Shown here: positions 37,210 through 50,040 of the stretch, piece after piece
Numbering within the stretch: the first letter of the stretch is position 1
How the letters are laid out: every line of letters starts with the position of its first letter
Assembly: GCA_050575255.1 (NCBI GenBank)
Contig: JBNZDD010013716.1
Location: 3,883,658 to 3,947,657 of the forward strand
DNA: 64,000 bases
Origin: Harriotta raleighana
Lineage: Eukaryota
Direction of reading: 5' to 3'
Notes under the pieces: generated by a model
Told to the model about the DNA's origin: nothing
Database searches by the model: none
What the model saw: only the letters and a program-made list of their open reading frames with translations
Position numbers and translations under genes: made by a program

Positions 37210-38373
37210 TATGAGGATTATTATTTACTGATTTTCTTGCTTTGCATCTGTGTGGTATTCTTGCTGTGCTTGCATTGTTGTATTGTTCTCTGGTAGAGGC
37301 AAATTTTGCAGCCTTGATGATTAGAGTTTAAACGCTTACCAATCAGTGGTATTCAGACATGTTCACTTGCCCAGGTTAGTAAACGTAACTGACTGGAGGA
37401 GAAATTGCCCCCTCCAGTGTTGACAGGATGTCCTTCCAGATCAGGTTGAGCATAATCAGGTGCAGTTTAATCTGTCCAAATAATAGGGCTTAAGAAGGAT
37501 ACCCTGGCTTGTACCATTATGATTTCTCTTCAATCATCAGTCAATTGTGTGATCTTCTCCCTGTATATACACAGACAATTTTAATGCTGTTTGGTGCAGC
37601 TGTACATGGACTTTCGGGCTGTTATACCTGAGCACCTACAACAAGAAAAATCTACTTTAATTTGCACTTTTTCTGTCAGTAGGATGGCTCATGGAGATGA
37701 CTGGAAGCCATAGCTGTGATGGGTGAGCTGAGGAAGATTGGGGGGAGTGGGAAGCTTGGTCCAAATGAAAGGTCTTAAGATGCGAGGGGAGTTTCAAGGC
37801 TGTGGGGAGTTGAGAGTGGGAGGCCGATTGACTGAAAGCATCGCCACTGATGATGTTTTTGTGGAGGGAGTTTGTATTTTATTAACAGAGGTAGGGTGGG
37901 GCATGCAGGGATTGGAAATTGAGGGCGAAGATCTGAAATTGCTTCCACTGGGGGATTGGGCCCAGATCAGCACACGTGTGGGTCAGAATCCCATATCTAT
38001 GAATGTTGTCATCAGGTGAGAGCATATGGGATGGGTGGGGGAGAAAGGAGAGGTCCCATAATAGAATAGGGAGTTGATCGAGACTCTAAATTAATTTAAG
38101 TTGTTACAATTATGCTGAAAACAGAGAGAAGATTTGCATCCTGTCTACTTGAACTGAAGTCACAGATGTGATAGAATAATGTTTTGCTTTATGCACAACT
38201 ATTACCCTATCCTTTTCCTTGAATGTGCAAATGTATTTTAAAATAGTCAAGTATTGTAGTTATGATTTTAGTTTCTTTTAATATAAATATCAGAAATTGA
38301 ATTCAAGTCATTTTCATGTTGATACAAAATGACCAGAACATTAGAATCTGTATCTTAAATTAATCCACTTTAT

Positions 38374-38684
38374 GGAGCTCCTGAAACTCAGTGGTTAGAG
38401 CGCCTGCCTTACAAGTGTGAGATCTGTGTTCGAATCCAGGCAGATCAATGCAAAACCTTGGGCAAGTTTCCTTCCTCCACATGCTGTTGAAAAAACCCCC
38501 AACAATAATAAAAATTGGTAATTTTCAATCCACGACTGTTTGCGGGACATTGATATGCGCAATTGGCTGCCGTGTTTCCCCCACAAATATAAGGTCAATT
38601 CACTTTACAGTATATTCTGTGAAGCATTTTGAGACGTCTAGGAGATGTTAAAAGCGCCATATCAAATGCAAGGATTATTATTAA
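38374..38684 (+). mobile_element. Full-length tRNA-SINE
   Basis: A box ctcagtggttagagc, B box gttcgaatcc, full body and (TTA)n tail. Confidence 0.92.
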
Positions 38685-40206
38685 TTAACAGATTTCATGA
38701 TTTAATTGTGATGGCAGTCAATTGACATGCTGAATTTTCAGCATTTGATACAGGATTGAAATGAATATGGAATTAGTAATACAAGTTGCTCACTTACCTG
38801 AATGGGAATGTTTCTTAAACTGTTTAGAAAAACAGCTCTCAACTGTAACATATCTCAAATTATATCTTATACTGCTTTGCACTTCTGAGAAGGATCTTAT
38901 TTCACAAAGTCATAATAGTAAGCGCATTTCAATTGAGATATATTTTGCCTATAGAGAGTACCTTTTGAAAAAAAAAAAAAATCTCCAGAGCATCCCTTAT
39001 AGCCGAACAAGTAAAACATTGTTTCCGATGCTGACAGTTCTTATGTTTTCTTTAGATGTTCATTTTCAAAGGAATAAGGTTGTTATCACCAAGATAAACC
39101 ACTGTCCCATCACTTAAATCTCCTGATATGTTTACACAGCAGTGAGGTTCAGTGAGATCAGGTTCATTCTGACTTTTATGAAAAAAAAGTTTTTATAGCA
39201 TTGCATTTCAGTCGCAAATGCCATTTATTAACTTTAGGTGATTTGTAACCATTAATGCTTTTCCACTTTGTGATCAAAACCCAGATAAAATAGTTTTATA
39301 TTTCAAGCCCAGTTAACATTGCTGTTAATTTCTTTACTGGCAGGAGCCAACATCTGATGTAGAGCAAAGTTCAGATTTATACAGTGAACAAGTCTGTGCA
39401 ATTTTCTGTCCCATCAGCGGAACAAATTAGGCTTTCCTTGGTCCACTGCAGAAAGCTAAACAGTGTTCAGTGTGGGAGGGTTATCAGCTAGTTAGTTTCA
39501 TTCATTTATTGGCTGCAGACTGCAGTTGAACAGAATTTTCCCATGTCAGAGCCCTGAGCTGAATAGACCAGGAGTATTCTTGATAAATTTATGAAGTGTG
39601 TGGCAGTAAATTATCACAGAACCAGCAAAAGGAGAAGGGCATTAATTGTCGATTTAGTGACATGCTCCTTGAGAGGAGTAAAAAATCACATTTACACAGG
39701 GTTTGTTTGAACTAAGACAAGAGTTTGTGTTGTTAAACCTGCAATGAAATATTTTGCAAGAGAATAAATGTTGGGAGAATACAATGTGCAGTTTTTTTGT
39801 GTACCTGTTTAAACAGTCCTGCAGAGAAGCTAATTACCCAATAGGAAGTACATGTCTGCAAAAGTGGAATGTGACATTTAATCTCTAGGGGACATTTTGC
39901 ACAGTTGGACGCAACCTAATATACTACTGTAATTACAATCTTCCTCTTTCCAGCACTTAAATTGGTCTTTCACAAAAAAAAGGTAACATTTCCTTTTCAA
40001 ATACAGTATGTGCAGGAATTTCACAACTTGGTCCTTCTTTTATAGCCTACTAAAGTGGCATGAAATGTTCAAATTCCTATTGGCTGTGTATATACACTTT
40101 TTAACTTGTTCAGTGCTTGCTAGGGTTCCCCGTCCTCTCCCCACCACCGTTGGTAGCTCAACCAATAACTACACCCCTAATTTCTGGAGCTCTTACCACT
40201 CTATCT

Positions 40207-40790
40207 CAACAACAACAAAATTATACATATCAGGAGGACGTCCCAAGGCGCTGGACAGTCACTATGTCAGACCTGAACTTGGGACGGGATGGGGAGATTA
40301 AGAGTTGCCGATGGGACCATCGAAGAGGAGAGTTTTGAGGCGGGACTTGAAGGAGCTATGGCGGGGTCGAGGCAGAGGGACTGCGGGATGGAGTTCCAGA
40401 GGTTGGGGGCCGAGTGGCTAAAGGCTCACCTGCCAAGGCTGAGGCGGAAGGGTTGGGGAAGTGGAGCAGGCCAGAGCCTGCTGAGTGGAGTGCGGGTGCG
40501 GCAGGTTGGTAAGGGGTTAGAAGGTCACGGATGTAGGATGGAGTGAAGTTATGGAGGGCTTTGAATATGAGGACCATGTTCTTGAATTCAACCCCTTTCT
40601 TTCTCTTTGAGTTCCAACTCAAAGTCCGTACCTCTGTCACCACCAAGTTCTCCCTCCTCTCTTCCTTTCCCTCTCTCCCTCACTCAATGTCCAACCTTGC
40701 TCCTGTGAAACGCTCAGAGGCTAGTCCATGTGAACGACAAGGTAGATTGATCCAAGTATATTTATGCAAGGCATTGTTGCTGCTGCTCAA
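40207..40790. mobile_element. Two L2 3' fragments (- 40207-40585, + 40600-40790)
   Basis: Minus-strand VEFKNMVLIFKALHNFTPSYIRDLL, with tails at both outer ends. Confidence 0.8.
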
Positions 40791-41103
40791 GTAAATCACG
40801 TGGTAAAATAAATTGTAAAGTAGAACAAACATTTTGCTATCAGAAAAATAAGTCAGTCTTCATGACTGATTAGTTGATAGTTCCAACTTGTTAAAATGAG
40901 TCAAAATATTGTAGATTTTGCATTATCCAAAAGATTGTATAAAAAGCAAGAAAATCCTGCATTGTTAGTTAAGGAAAATGTTTTGTTGTCTTCTGGAAGC
41001 TGGAAGTGTACAATATTGTACATCACAATTTGCAATACATTTCTACAACACCTCTTTCATGTCGGTAGGCCATCTCAAAGCATTTCGCAGAGCTGAGCTG
41101 GGG

Positions 41104-41408
41104 ATAATAATAATAATAATCCTTGCATTTGATATAGTGCTTTTCACGTCTTCCAAACATCTCAAAGATCTTCACAGAATATACTTTAAAGTGAATTGAC
41201 TGTATATTTGTGGGCGAAACACGGTAGCCAATTGCACTCAACAGTGTCCCACAAACAGTTGTGGATTGAAATAAGCAATTTTATTATTGTGTTTTTTTTT
41301 GCAGGGATTATTATTAGGCTTGTGGAGTAAGGAAAGTTGCCCAATGTTTTGCCCTGATCTGCCTGGAATCGAACATTTGGCAAGTGCTCTAAACACTGAG
41401 CTACAGGA
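41104..41408 (-). mobile_element. Full-length tRNA-SINE
   Basis: Reverse complement from tail to head. Confidence 0.9.
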
Positions 41409-42107
41409 TTTAGTGGAGGTTTGATAGGGGTGGGGAGGGGAAAGATGACTGAAAACACTGTCAAAGATGTCTATCTTGACGCAGTCCTTAAGTGCACTGC
41501 ACGTACAGTAACCATCATGTCTGCAGTTGGTGAAGTGCTTAATGATGTATTTCTTAAATGAGTCCATCATCCTGGCTTCAACAATCCTGGATGAATATCC
41601 GTTTGTAGTTTGGAAAAGTACAAAATGTCCACATTAATTTGAGAGGTGTAACTGGAAATCAAACCAGCTTTGAAATTTGTTTTCTTTTTTTCAAATTCTG
41701 TAGCCAGTGTTTGTTCAGTGGATGTCCAGCCTACAGCAATTACCCAGTATTCAAGTTGTGTTCATTTGTGTTCCAGTCTTGTTCCTAGCTCTGCTGGTGC
41801 AATTGGGTCCCCTCTGTATACATTCTTATCTGAAAGGTCTCTTGAGGGTCAGGGAAAGCTGCTTTTCTCCTTCTCTGGCTGTTCTTGACCTTTTGGAAAC
41901 CCTTGAGCTCAGTGTCTTAATGTTGGTTAAGACTGGAGGGAATTACCAAACTCAAAATTTGTAGCTATGTTTTTAAGCCTCTGAAGATTTCACTGAATAT
42001 GTGTTTTTAGTGGCAATTAAGAATTCGGGAATTGGCTTGATCTGTACAGAGATGGTTAGGGTCCAGCAAAAAAAGGATATCCAAAATGAATTTTCTTGAT
42101 AACGGTA

Positions 42108-42370
42108 GAACATAAGAATTACTATATGAAAAAAGACCAAGGTCCATCCAGTTCGCTTTCCACCACCCTGGCAGTCATGTGCCCATGCCATGTCCCAAAC
42201 TGTATACTGTATCCCAAGATATGATTTACTGAACACCAATCTCTAATTTGCTTTTCAAAGAATTGATAATTTCTGCTTCCACATTCTGCTGAGGGAGCAT
42301 GTTCTATACATTTATGACTTGCTGACTGAAAATGAGTTTCTGCAGATTTGTTTTGAATTTACCCCTCTTC
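42108..42370 (-). mobile_element. CR1-like 3' fragment
   Basis: agaacataagaa tail, homologous to 19310-19437. Confidence 0.55.
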
Positions 42371-43249
42371 AATAATAATCTACCCCACTTCAATAAGTGC
42401 AGTTTAGATACACTTTTTGGCTCAAGAGTTAAACCATGCCAATCTAAGGACTCTGATATGCTACCTGATCTATATGAATGAAATTTGCTGTGTTATAATG
42501 TTAGCAGTAGGTTATGCAAAGCTTGCTTTCTGAAAGAATACATCAAGTGCCCAGGATCTTTACTCCATGTTTTTAAAAAAAAACTATGCTGAAGGTTTGC
42601 GCAAAGTATTTACTATGATATTTTAATGTAACACATTTAAGCATTTAAAGAGTATGCCAAGGTAGATGAACTTTTGCGTAATTTAGCTGATCAAAAGGGA
42701 GTTGAAAGGAATTGTGCATATATGTGGGAATAAACAATTAAAGCACTAAAGATAATTCAGTGTTACTGCCAGTGGATATTCCTGTGTAAATATAATAACT
42801 GGCGCTGAATACTGTGCTGGAAGGACAAATGTTTTTGTAGAGGAAGAAATGATTTACTTGAGATTGCCTGCTCGATTTCCACGTGTCATTGACTTCCATT
42901 GATAGCAGGTACTGGCTCTCTTATTAAAATTTAGGAGACTCTGTATTGAAATTCGAGCAAATGTCAACACATAACTCACTAAGGTTCCTCAGTAGATGAA
43001 GAAAAGAAAATTAAGCGAAGATATCAATTCTGAAGCATTTAAATGTTGATGTAAATCACATCTGAAATAAAGATTAATAACCATGAAGATAGTCAGAGGC
43101 TGTTCAAGTTACCGTTTTAAAAGTATGAACCAGTTGGTTGCATGGGCACGAATTTCAATAGGTTCCTGCTTTCTGACAGTGATTTATTTTTTTCTCTAAA
43201 ATTTTGTTTGTCTAAATATTTTTCCTCCCCAATTGTATATGCCTCTTTA

Positions 43250-43800
43250 TACCTCTGGTCTGACTTTCACTTGGTGGGGTGAGGTTTCATAGGCCCCAGT
43301 TGTACTCCCAGCTCAAGTGGTCAGTGTTCATTATTCAAGCCTTGGTGCTGAGTGTAAGGATTTGACTATAATAATAATAATCCTGGTGTTTGATATGATG
43401 CCTTATGATAATGATAATCATAATCCTTGCATCTGATATAGTGCTTTTCATGTCTTCTAGGCGTCTCAAAGCACTTCACAGAATATACAGACAATTGCGC
43501 ACATCAGTGTCCCACAAACAGCCATGGATTGAAGTGACCAATTTTGTTTGAGGAATTATTGTTAGAAGTGTGGAGTAAGGAAACTTGCCCAAGGAATTGC
43601 TACGGTGCTTGCGTAGAGTGCCTGTGGCCAAGCCTGACCTCTCCCCACCCAGGTGCTAACCAGTAGTGCCTCCCCACCCCAATAGTGAGGAGGCTGAGGC
43701 CAATTTAGACTTCTATAGCAGCCCCAGCTAAGACCAGCAAATACAGCATTGGCTGGGGTTTGAACCATCAGCTAACTGGTCTGTAAACTGCAGCTCTATC
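43250..43800 (-). mobile_element. Ancient SINE-like element interrupted by a younger SINE (43415-43594)
   Basis: Younger SINE body is clear. Flanks include ctgaggccaatt...ccccagctaagaccagc...ggggtttgaacc (B box-like on the minus strand). Confidence 0.55.
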
Positions 43801-44289
43801 CACTACACCATGAGGGTTTGATTTCATCTTGAAATATAGCTCTGGCAAAATACTCAACTGCTTGGTTGGTAGGTTTCTTGTAAGACTGTGGGTTTTATAT
43901 TGAAGTGGGAGAACTTGAGGTAAAAGAAATCTCATAAATTTGGGCTCATAAAAATCAAACTGTTGGGAAGAATTATGATTGAAGGATAATGTTACTGTAG
44001 AGGGAGTTTATTCGATGTAAATTATTTCCCTCCCAGTTACAGACTTTTAATTATTTTCATGATGTTATTTTTTGTTTCTTGCTCTCCTGCTCTTTGCCAG
44101 CTAAAAGGAGGAGGTAGAGACTTGCTCAGAATCCTTTGTTTGCACCTCTTAACACAGGTGTGGTAAACTGGGTCTTAGCTTCCTTTCTTGTCCTTCTATC
44201 TCTTGTCCTTGCCATCCCTCAACAACTCTTTTCACTTTGCATTGGGCATTCACATGGAAAATTATGGGTAAAAGCTGTCATACTCCTGA

Positions 44290-44497
44290 ACAGAAGGGAG
44301 TTTCTCTCAGTTGCTGGCTAATAATCCCCCCAACTACATATTGGCCAGTCACTTCATAGCTGTTGGCGAGACATTGTCTGCTACTTTTGCCTCCAAAATA
44401 CAGTCATTAGACTTTACATTATGTCTTGGGAAGTGCTTTGAGATGACCTCCTGGCGTGAAAGATGCTATTTCAAATGTAAGGTTTATGATTATTATA
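44290..44497 (+). mobile_element. Deu-domain SINE 3' half
   Basis: gaagggagtttctc..tgctggctaat...aagtgctttgagatgacc...atttcaaatgtaagg. Confidence 0.55.
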
Positions 44498-45054
44498 TGA
44501 TTCAAAAAAAGATACATCATTGCCTGATGGAATATATCTTCCAGTTAATTCCCTATTTATGTCTTTGTATTTAAGGATGTTGAGCCACTTAGAAGATGTC
44601 ACCTTGTCAGATAGATCTTTGACTGTTGAGCAGTCTAAAATCCATAAGACTGGCTGCTTCCTGGGTGTGATTTTGAAACCAGCACACAACAGTGTTCAGT
44701 TGCTCTAATAATCTGAAAATCACTATGTCCAGGATCTAAAGGATTTGGGTTTTCTGCTGAATTGATGCAATAGCTTGCTGCTAAAGGCAGTGGCTGGCAA
44801 AATATCATGTATCCATGAGATGGCAGAAAAACTAAAATAATATTCCTTGCATTTGATATAATGCCTTATCATGCCTTCAAGACATCACAAACTGCTTCAC
44901 AAAGTATATTGTGAAGTGAACTGACTGTATATTTTGTGAGTGAAACAAGACTAGAAATTGGATGCATGGTAAGATATCTCTGAGCAATTTTTTTAAAAAA
45001 AGCTCCACGTATCTGCTTAGAATATTTTCAAATCGTGAGTGCTGCTTGTCCCAA

Positions 45055-45445
45055 AACAAGAACTTAGAACGTCACGGAGCTTAACACTGTTGGTTATGCA
45101 TTGAGTTTGGGTGGAAGCCGAAAGGGAAGGGGAGAGATAACCAAAAGTGCGGTCAAAGAGGTAGGTCTTCATACATACTTTAAACAAAGTGAGGGAGGGA
45201 GCAAGTCAGAGGGAGTTTCAGAAACTGGGAGCAGAATGTCTGAATGCTCACTCACTGATGGTGGAACAGATGAGGTGGTGGGCATGAAACAGACTGATAT
45301 TCGCTGCAGGGTAGCAGCCATAAATGGGAAAGTTGTAGGAGTTTGCAAAGGTAGGACAGTGCAAGGCCATGGAGAAATTTAAAGGCGAGAACGAGAATGT
45401 GAGTTCGATCCACTGGGGAATGGGGAGCCAGTGGATCTGAGCAAG
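45055..45445 (-). mobile_element. Old L2 3' fragment
   Basis: gcggtcaaagaggtaggtctt...aggccatggagaaatttaaaggcgagaacgagaat...ggggagccagtgga (reverse of the LHWLP motif). Confidence 0.6.
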
Positions 45446-47009
45446 GATAATAATAATAATATTAATAATCCGTGCATTTGGTATAGCGCCTCATAATATT
45501 ATTGAGACCCACCAAACAGCTTCATAGACTATACAGTCAAAATAATTTGATTACATAATTAATAAAATGCTAATATAGTTTAATAAAAATAATGATGGTG
45601 TTAATAGGCTCCCAGAACCTGTTGTTAGAGAGGATACTGGTTGTAGAGTCCTAGATTTTACATTGAACAAAAGAAAGCAATGGAAAAAATCAAATGCAAT
45701 TATCTTGATCTTTAAATGCCTGCAGCCTCTCACCTTTCTTCCTCCCCCACCCCCACACGCAGTGCTTTTGGATAAGTAGCTCTAAATTAAAACAAAGACT
45801 ACAGTGTCTGGTTGGAATCATTCCTAAGACCCTCATCCCAAAACTCTGATCTCAGTGAACTTTGTAGAAATGGTACTGGAGGTGGGGGCAGAGAGGTGAT
45901 AGTGACAGTGACTATATATCACACACCAGGAAACTGAGAGCTGCCATCTGTTCGAGTGGAACAAGTTTGGGGTTGTATTACCACACAGCAATCACACTCA
46001 GCTCAGATTTACATAACGTGGGAGCATCTCCCGGCCTTCAGCATTTACCCTTAGTCTTTGAAGCTGCAATTGATAATTCCCTCCCTTTAGTGAAGACTGC
46101 ATGAGTTTGTGTTTAGTATGTGTGGAAAAAGATGGACTTTCTAATAAACAACAAAATTAAATTCCGTTGCTTATTAATGCAAGTTTTCATAAATGTCACC
46201 ACTGAAACAAACAGGTAGTCAAGCAAGCTTGTGGCTTGTTTTAAATAGGCTATCTTTTTTGACATTTTGACATGTTTTAATAAAAGAACAGACTTGCTTT
46301 TATGTTGCTTGAAATGGTTCTAATCCTAGGTACCAGGCACTATCTTTCTCCATGAGGCTCAGTAATTAATGAGTTGTGGTATGTGGGAAATTTAGACCTC
46401 AATGGGTTGAATCGCATCATCTTGGCTTGTGGGATATGAGCACTGTTGCTTTATTTTCGTATTGCTAAACAACTTTTCTATTTTGGCACCTTCTTTCTCT
46501 CGCTTTGCATCCCTCATGGTTCGTGCAACTGCTAAGGTTTACGATCTTCTGTTCAATTATAGTATAGGTATAGTTGACACCAGTATTGATGGAAATTGGT
46601 GTCAGCCTGGCTTGGTTGATAGTATGGCTCACCTCTCAGTCGACGCACTCTAGAAAGGTTTGGTTTGCAATGCTCTGTGCAGAGGTTTTGTATTAATACA
46701 GAAGGTTGAAGTGCAGCTGTTGTAGTGTTTGTATCTCTGTTCTAAGCAGGAAAGTATTGCCTAAACCCCAGCAACACTTGTGGTTGTACCCAGCCTTATC
46801 ACTCTGATGTGGTGGAGGGTGTACTCCAGTGTAATGTTGCCTCGCCTTGCCAAGTTTGCTGGACTGCGCAGCTGGGAACTACATTGAGTCCAATATTGCC
46901 TTTGTTTTCTGCAGCCCAACCAAGGAGACGAAAAAAAAGAAGTACCTCAAACAGTAGGGAAGCATAGTTAATTTGATGCTACCTTTACTTTTACCCAGAT
47001 TCACCAATG

Positions 47010-47200
47010 TTTTGACCGTCTGCATGTCAGACACCCAACTCCTGGATGAGTCTTAATATTCTTCAGCAAAATGTGAATAAGAGAGAAGTCATTGTCCTCC
47101 GTTCCCACCAAAACCGTTTTGCTTCTGGCTCTGCCTTCCCCAACCTTCTTAGTTTCTTTCCAACCACTGAATGAGTGTTTGGTTTGACCCTCAGTTCTCA
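47010..47200 (+). mobile_element. Old L2 RT fragment
   Basis: tcctggatgagtcttaatattcttcagcaaaatgtgaataagagagaagtc reads SWMSLNILQQNVNKREV, the L2 WMxxNxLxLNxxKTE motif. Confidence 0.55.
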
Positions 47201-47544
47201 CTCCCATGCATCTGGTTGTTGACCAAGAACACATGTTTCCACATCTTTGCCACAACATCCTCTGTCCCTATCTCATGCTCAATGCAGCTGTAAAGTCTTT
47301 CAGCGCCTTGGGACGTCGTGAAAGGCGCTCTATCAATCTAATTTTGTTGTTGTTGTTGAAACCCCCATTGAAACCTTTGTCACTTCCAATATTTTCAAAT
47401 GCCTTCTCCAGCTCTACCATCTACTCACCGTAGCTCCTCAACATTATGCTGTTCACATTCTTCCCTATCACAAAACTTTGCATCCCCATCTTCCCTTTAT
47501 TTTGTCAGGCTCTGCTGTCTCCCAGTTATTTCACCTCTTTTAAG

Positions 47545-48582
47545 AATCCAGGCAGATCAGGATGAAACCTTCGGCGAATTTCCTTACTCCACAAGCCTAA
47601 TAATCCTTCAAACAAAATTGGACATTTCAATCCAGTTTGTCGGACACAGCTGTGCGCAATTGGCTGCCACGTTTTGCCCACAAATATATAGTCAATTCAC
47701 TTTACAGTATATTCTGTGACCCGCTTTGAGACGTCTAGAAGACGTGAAAATGTTGACAAGATGGAAGCCATGCTCTTTGGCTCTCACCTCCTCCACCTTC
47801 CCGACCTGCCCCCAAAAACTCTCCGAACCCGTGTGCAACCTAGGTGTCAGGTTCGACCCCCAACTGTCCTTCCTCCCCCACATTCGGTCCCTCGCCAGCA
47901 CTGCTTTTTTCCACCTCCGACGGATTGCCTGTCTCTGGCAATATCTCACATCAAAAGCCACTGAAACCCTGGTCCATGCCTTTGTCACCTCTCGGCTTGA
48001 CTATTCCAATACCCTCTTTGCCGGTCTCCCCTCCACCACAATCCATAAAATCCAACTCATTCAAAACTCTGCCGCCCGCATTCTCACCCGCACTAAACTT
48101 CGCTCCCTCATTACCCCAGTCCTTGACAGACTTCACTGGCTCCCTATCCCAGAGAGGATCGATTTTAAGATCCTCACCCTTGTTTTTAAATCCCTCCACT
48201 CCTCTGCACCCCCTTGTCTCTCCCCCTCCTCTCCTCAACCCAGCACCCTTTGCCTTTGCTCCACCGGGTCTTGCCTTCTCCTGGTCCCCCGAATTTTCCA
48301 CTCCACCATTGACGGCCATGCCTTCAGCCACTACCACTACCGAAGTTCTGGAATTCCCTTCCTGCTCCCTTCGCCTTGCCCTCTCTTCCCAGTTTCAGGT
48401 CTAAGCTAAAGACCTTTCTCTTCGGTCACCTTTGTAGCCCTGCCCCTGGCTCAGTCCCGGGATCTGTTATTGTGAAGTGCTCTGAGACGCTGTCTGACGT
48501 GGAGGGCGCTATATAAATCAAAGTTGTTGTTGTTGTTGAAAAGCACTATATCAAATGCAGGGATTATTATTTATTATTATAT
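47545..48582 (+). mobile_element. tRNA-SINE split in its tail by an L2 insertion
   Basis: gacgtctagaagacgtgaaaa | L2 | gaaaagcactatatcaaatgcagggatt. Confidence 0.85.
47752..48538 (+). mobile_element. L2 LINE 3' ~790 bp (ORF2 C-terminal region)
   Basis: NLGVRFDPQLSFLPHIRSLASTAFFHLRRI...[14 protein letters not shown]...[12 protein letters not shown]-like...[15 protein letters not shown], then (TTG)n tail. Confidence 0.95.
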
Positions 48583-48679
48583 TAACTTCAAGCTCCCCAC
48601 TCTCACCACTTTCACTTTCACTTTCCTGTATCTGTTGTCTTCTCCATTCTCACTCTCCTTTTAACCCTTTTTTTTTAAG

Positions 48680-48958
48680 CAAACTGGGGCCTGCTCCCCA
48701 TTCCCCAGCCCTGTGCATTACACTATTAGCAGTTTAGTCTTGAGCCACTAGGCTCCCATCCTCTGGAAGTGTCTTCCATAATTCCACTACCTTGTCCCCT
48801 CTCTATCTGTCTTTAACTCCAGCCTTAAAACCTAACCTCTTTGACTGTGTTTACAGTAATCTCTCCCTTGCTCAGCACCTGACACTATCAATGCAAGGTG
48901 CTTCGAGATGTTGCACAATGCAAAGGGCAACTACTTTATAAATGCGAGTAGTTGTTGC
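48680..48958 (+). mobile_element. Old L2 3' fragment
   Basis: ctctggaa...ccttaaaacc...ctctttgactg...ataaatgcgagtagttgttg. Confidence 0.55.
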
Positions 48959-49509
48959 AGTTTGGGAAGCAAAATGCACATCACCTAGAGAGCCTTGTGA
49001 GTTTTTGTCCTTGTATGTTGTTGATTTGGTAAAATGTATTGTTACATCAAATATTAGTCATATTGCCACTATATTTTCACATCCTAGATGTTATTGTGCT
49101 CTCTGGTCCATTAACATATCATACAATAAGATTTACAGTTCACTTAGCGGCGTTCGGGTCGAGAGGAGGTGCCAAAGCGGGATTTGCTTTTGGGATTCTT
49201 TGGAGTGAGAAGGGCAATTATCCACAACTCTTCTGACCAAATTGTAGAAGCTGGCAGTCACAATGTTGTTTTGCAAATGATTGCAGACAGGCTCTGACCA
49301 CAGTCGGGTTTGAAGCTCTGTAACTTATTTTACTAAAAGTAATTGTCAAATGTGATTCACAACCCACCATTGCCACATTGCATCCATTGGATATTTCTCA
49401 GCTCAGTTCCTCTCATTGCACCACCTCCAGCAATCAAGTCTTTCGTGCATTCACATTAGCCGGGGCTTTGCATGTGCACAGAACTCTTAACATCATTGAG
49501 GAGAAATTA

Positions 49510-50040
49510 ATAATAATCCTTGCGTTTGATATAACGCCCTAACACGTCATCATGGCATCTCAAAGCGCTTCACAGGATATAGTGTAAAGTTGAGTGACTG
49601 TATTTGCAGCTGAACCAATTTACACATAACAATGTCCCACAAATGGTCTTGAAATAAATGGCCAGTTTTATTTGGGGACTGTTGGCCAGGACACAGGGAG
49701 AAAGTCACTTCTATTTTTGAATAGTGTCAAGTGATCTTCAACATCCACCTGAACAGGCAGACAGGATCTCAATTTAAAAACAACTCGCATTTATATAGTG
49801 ACCCTCACCTTTGTTTCTGCTTTGCGTCCCAGAGCGCTAAACATCTCAACTGAACGATGACACCTCTCNCACAGCTTTGCGTCCCAGAGCGCTAAACATC
49901 TCAACTGAACGATGACACCTCTCACAATGTAGCACATCCCCAGCAAAGTATTGGAGTTTCAGCCGAGACTGTGTTCAGATGTAGAGTTTGAACCCATAAC
50001 CTTCTGACGTGAAAGGGCGAGAATTTTACCAACTCAGCCA
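49510..50040 (-). mobile_element. Near full-length Deu-domain SINE (SacSINE1/AmnSINE1-like body)
   Basis: Reverse complement reads tRNA head, ggctgaaactcca...gaggtgtcatc..gagatgtt..ctgtctgcctgttcaggtggatgttgaagatc...gtgtcctggccaa, then the dominant SINE tail with (TTA)n. Confidence 0.75.

Noticed and set aside
38374-38445. tRNA gene-like sequence with A and B boxes (also 7810, 58094, 63860)
   Set aside because: It is the head of a high-copy SINE. It has no acceptor stem and continues into the SINE body.
43245-43265. tatacctc, the seed-like start of miR-875 (hosted in VPS13B introns in other vertebrates)
   Set aside because: The match stops after 8 nt and there is no hairpin. Neither miR-875 nor miR-599 was found here.
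47726-48409. 227-aa ORF as a host gene
   Set aside because: It is the L2 ORF2 C-terminus of a 5'-truncated LINE.
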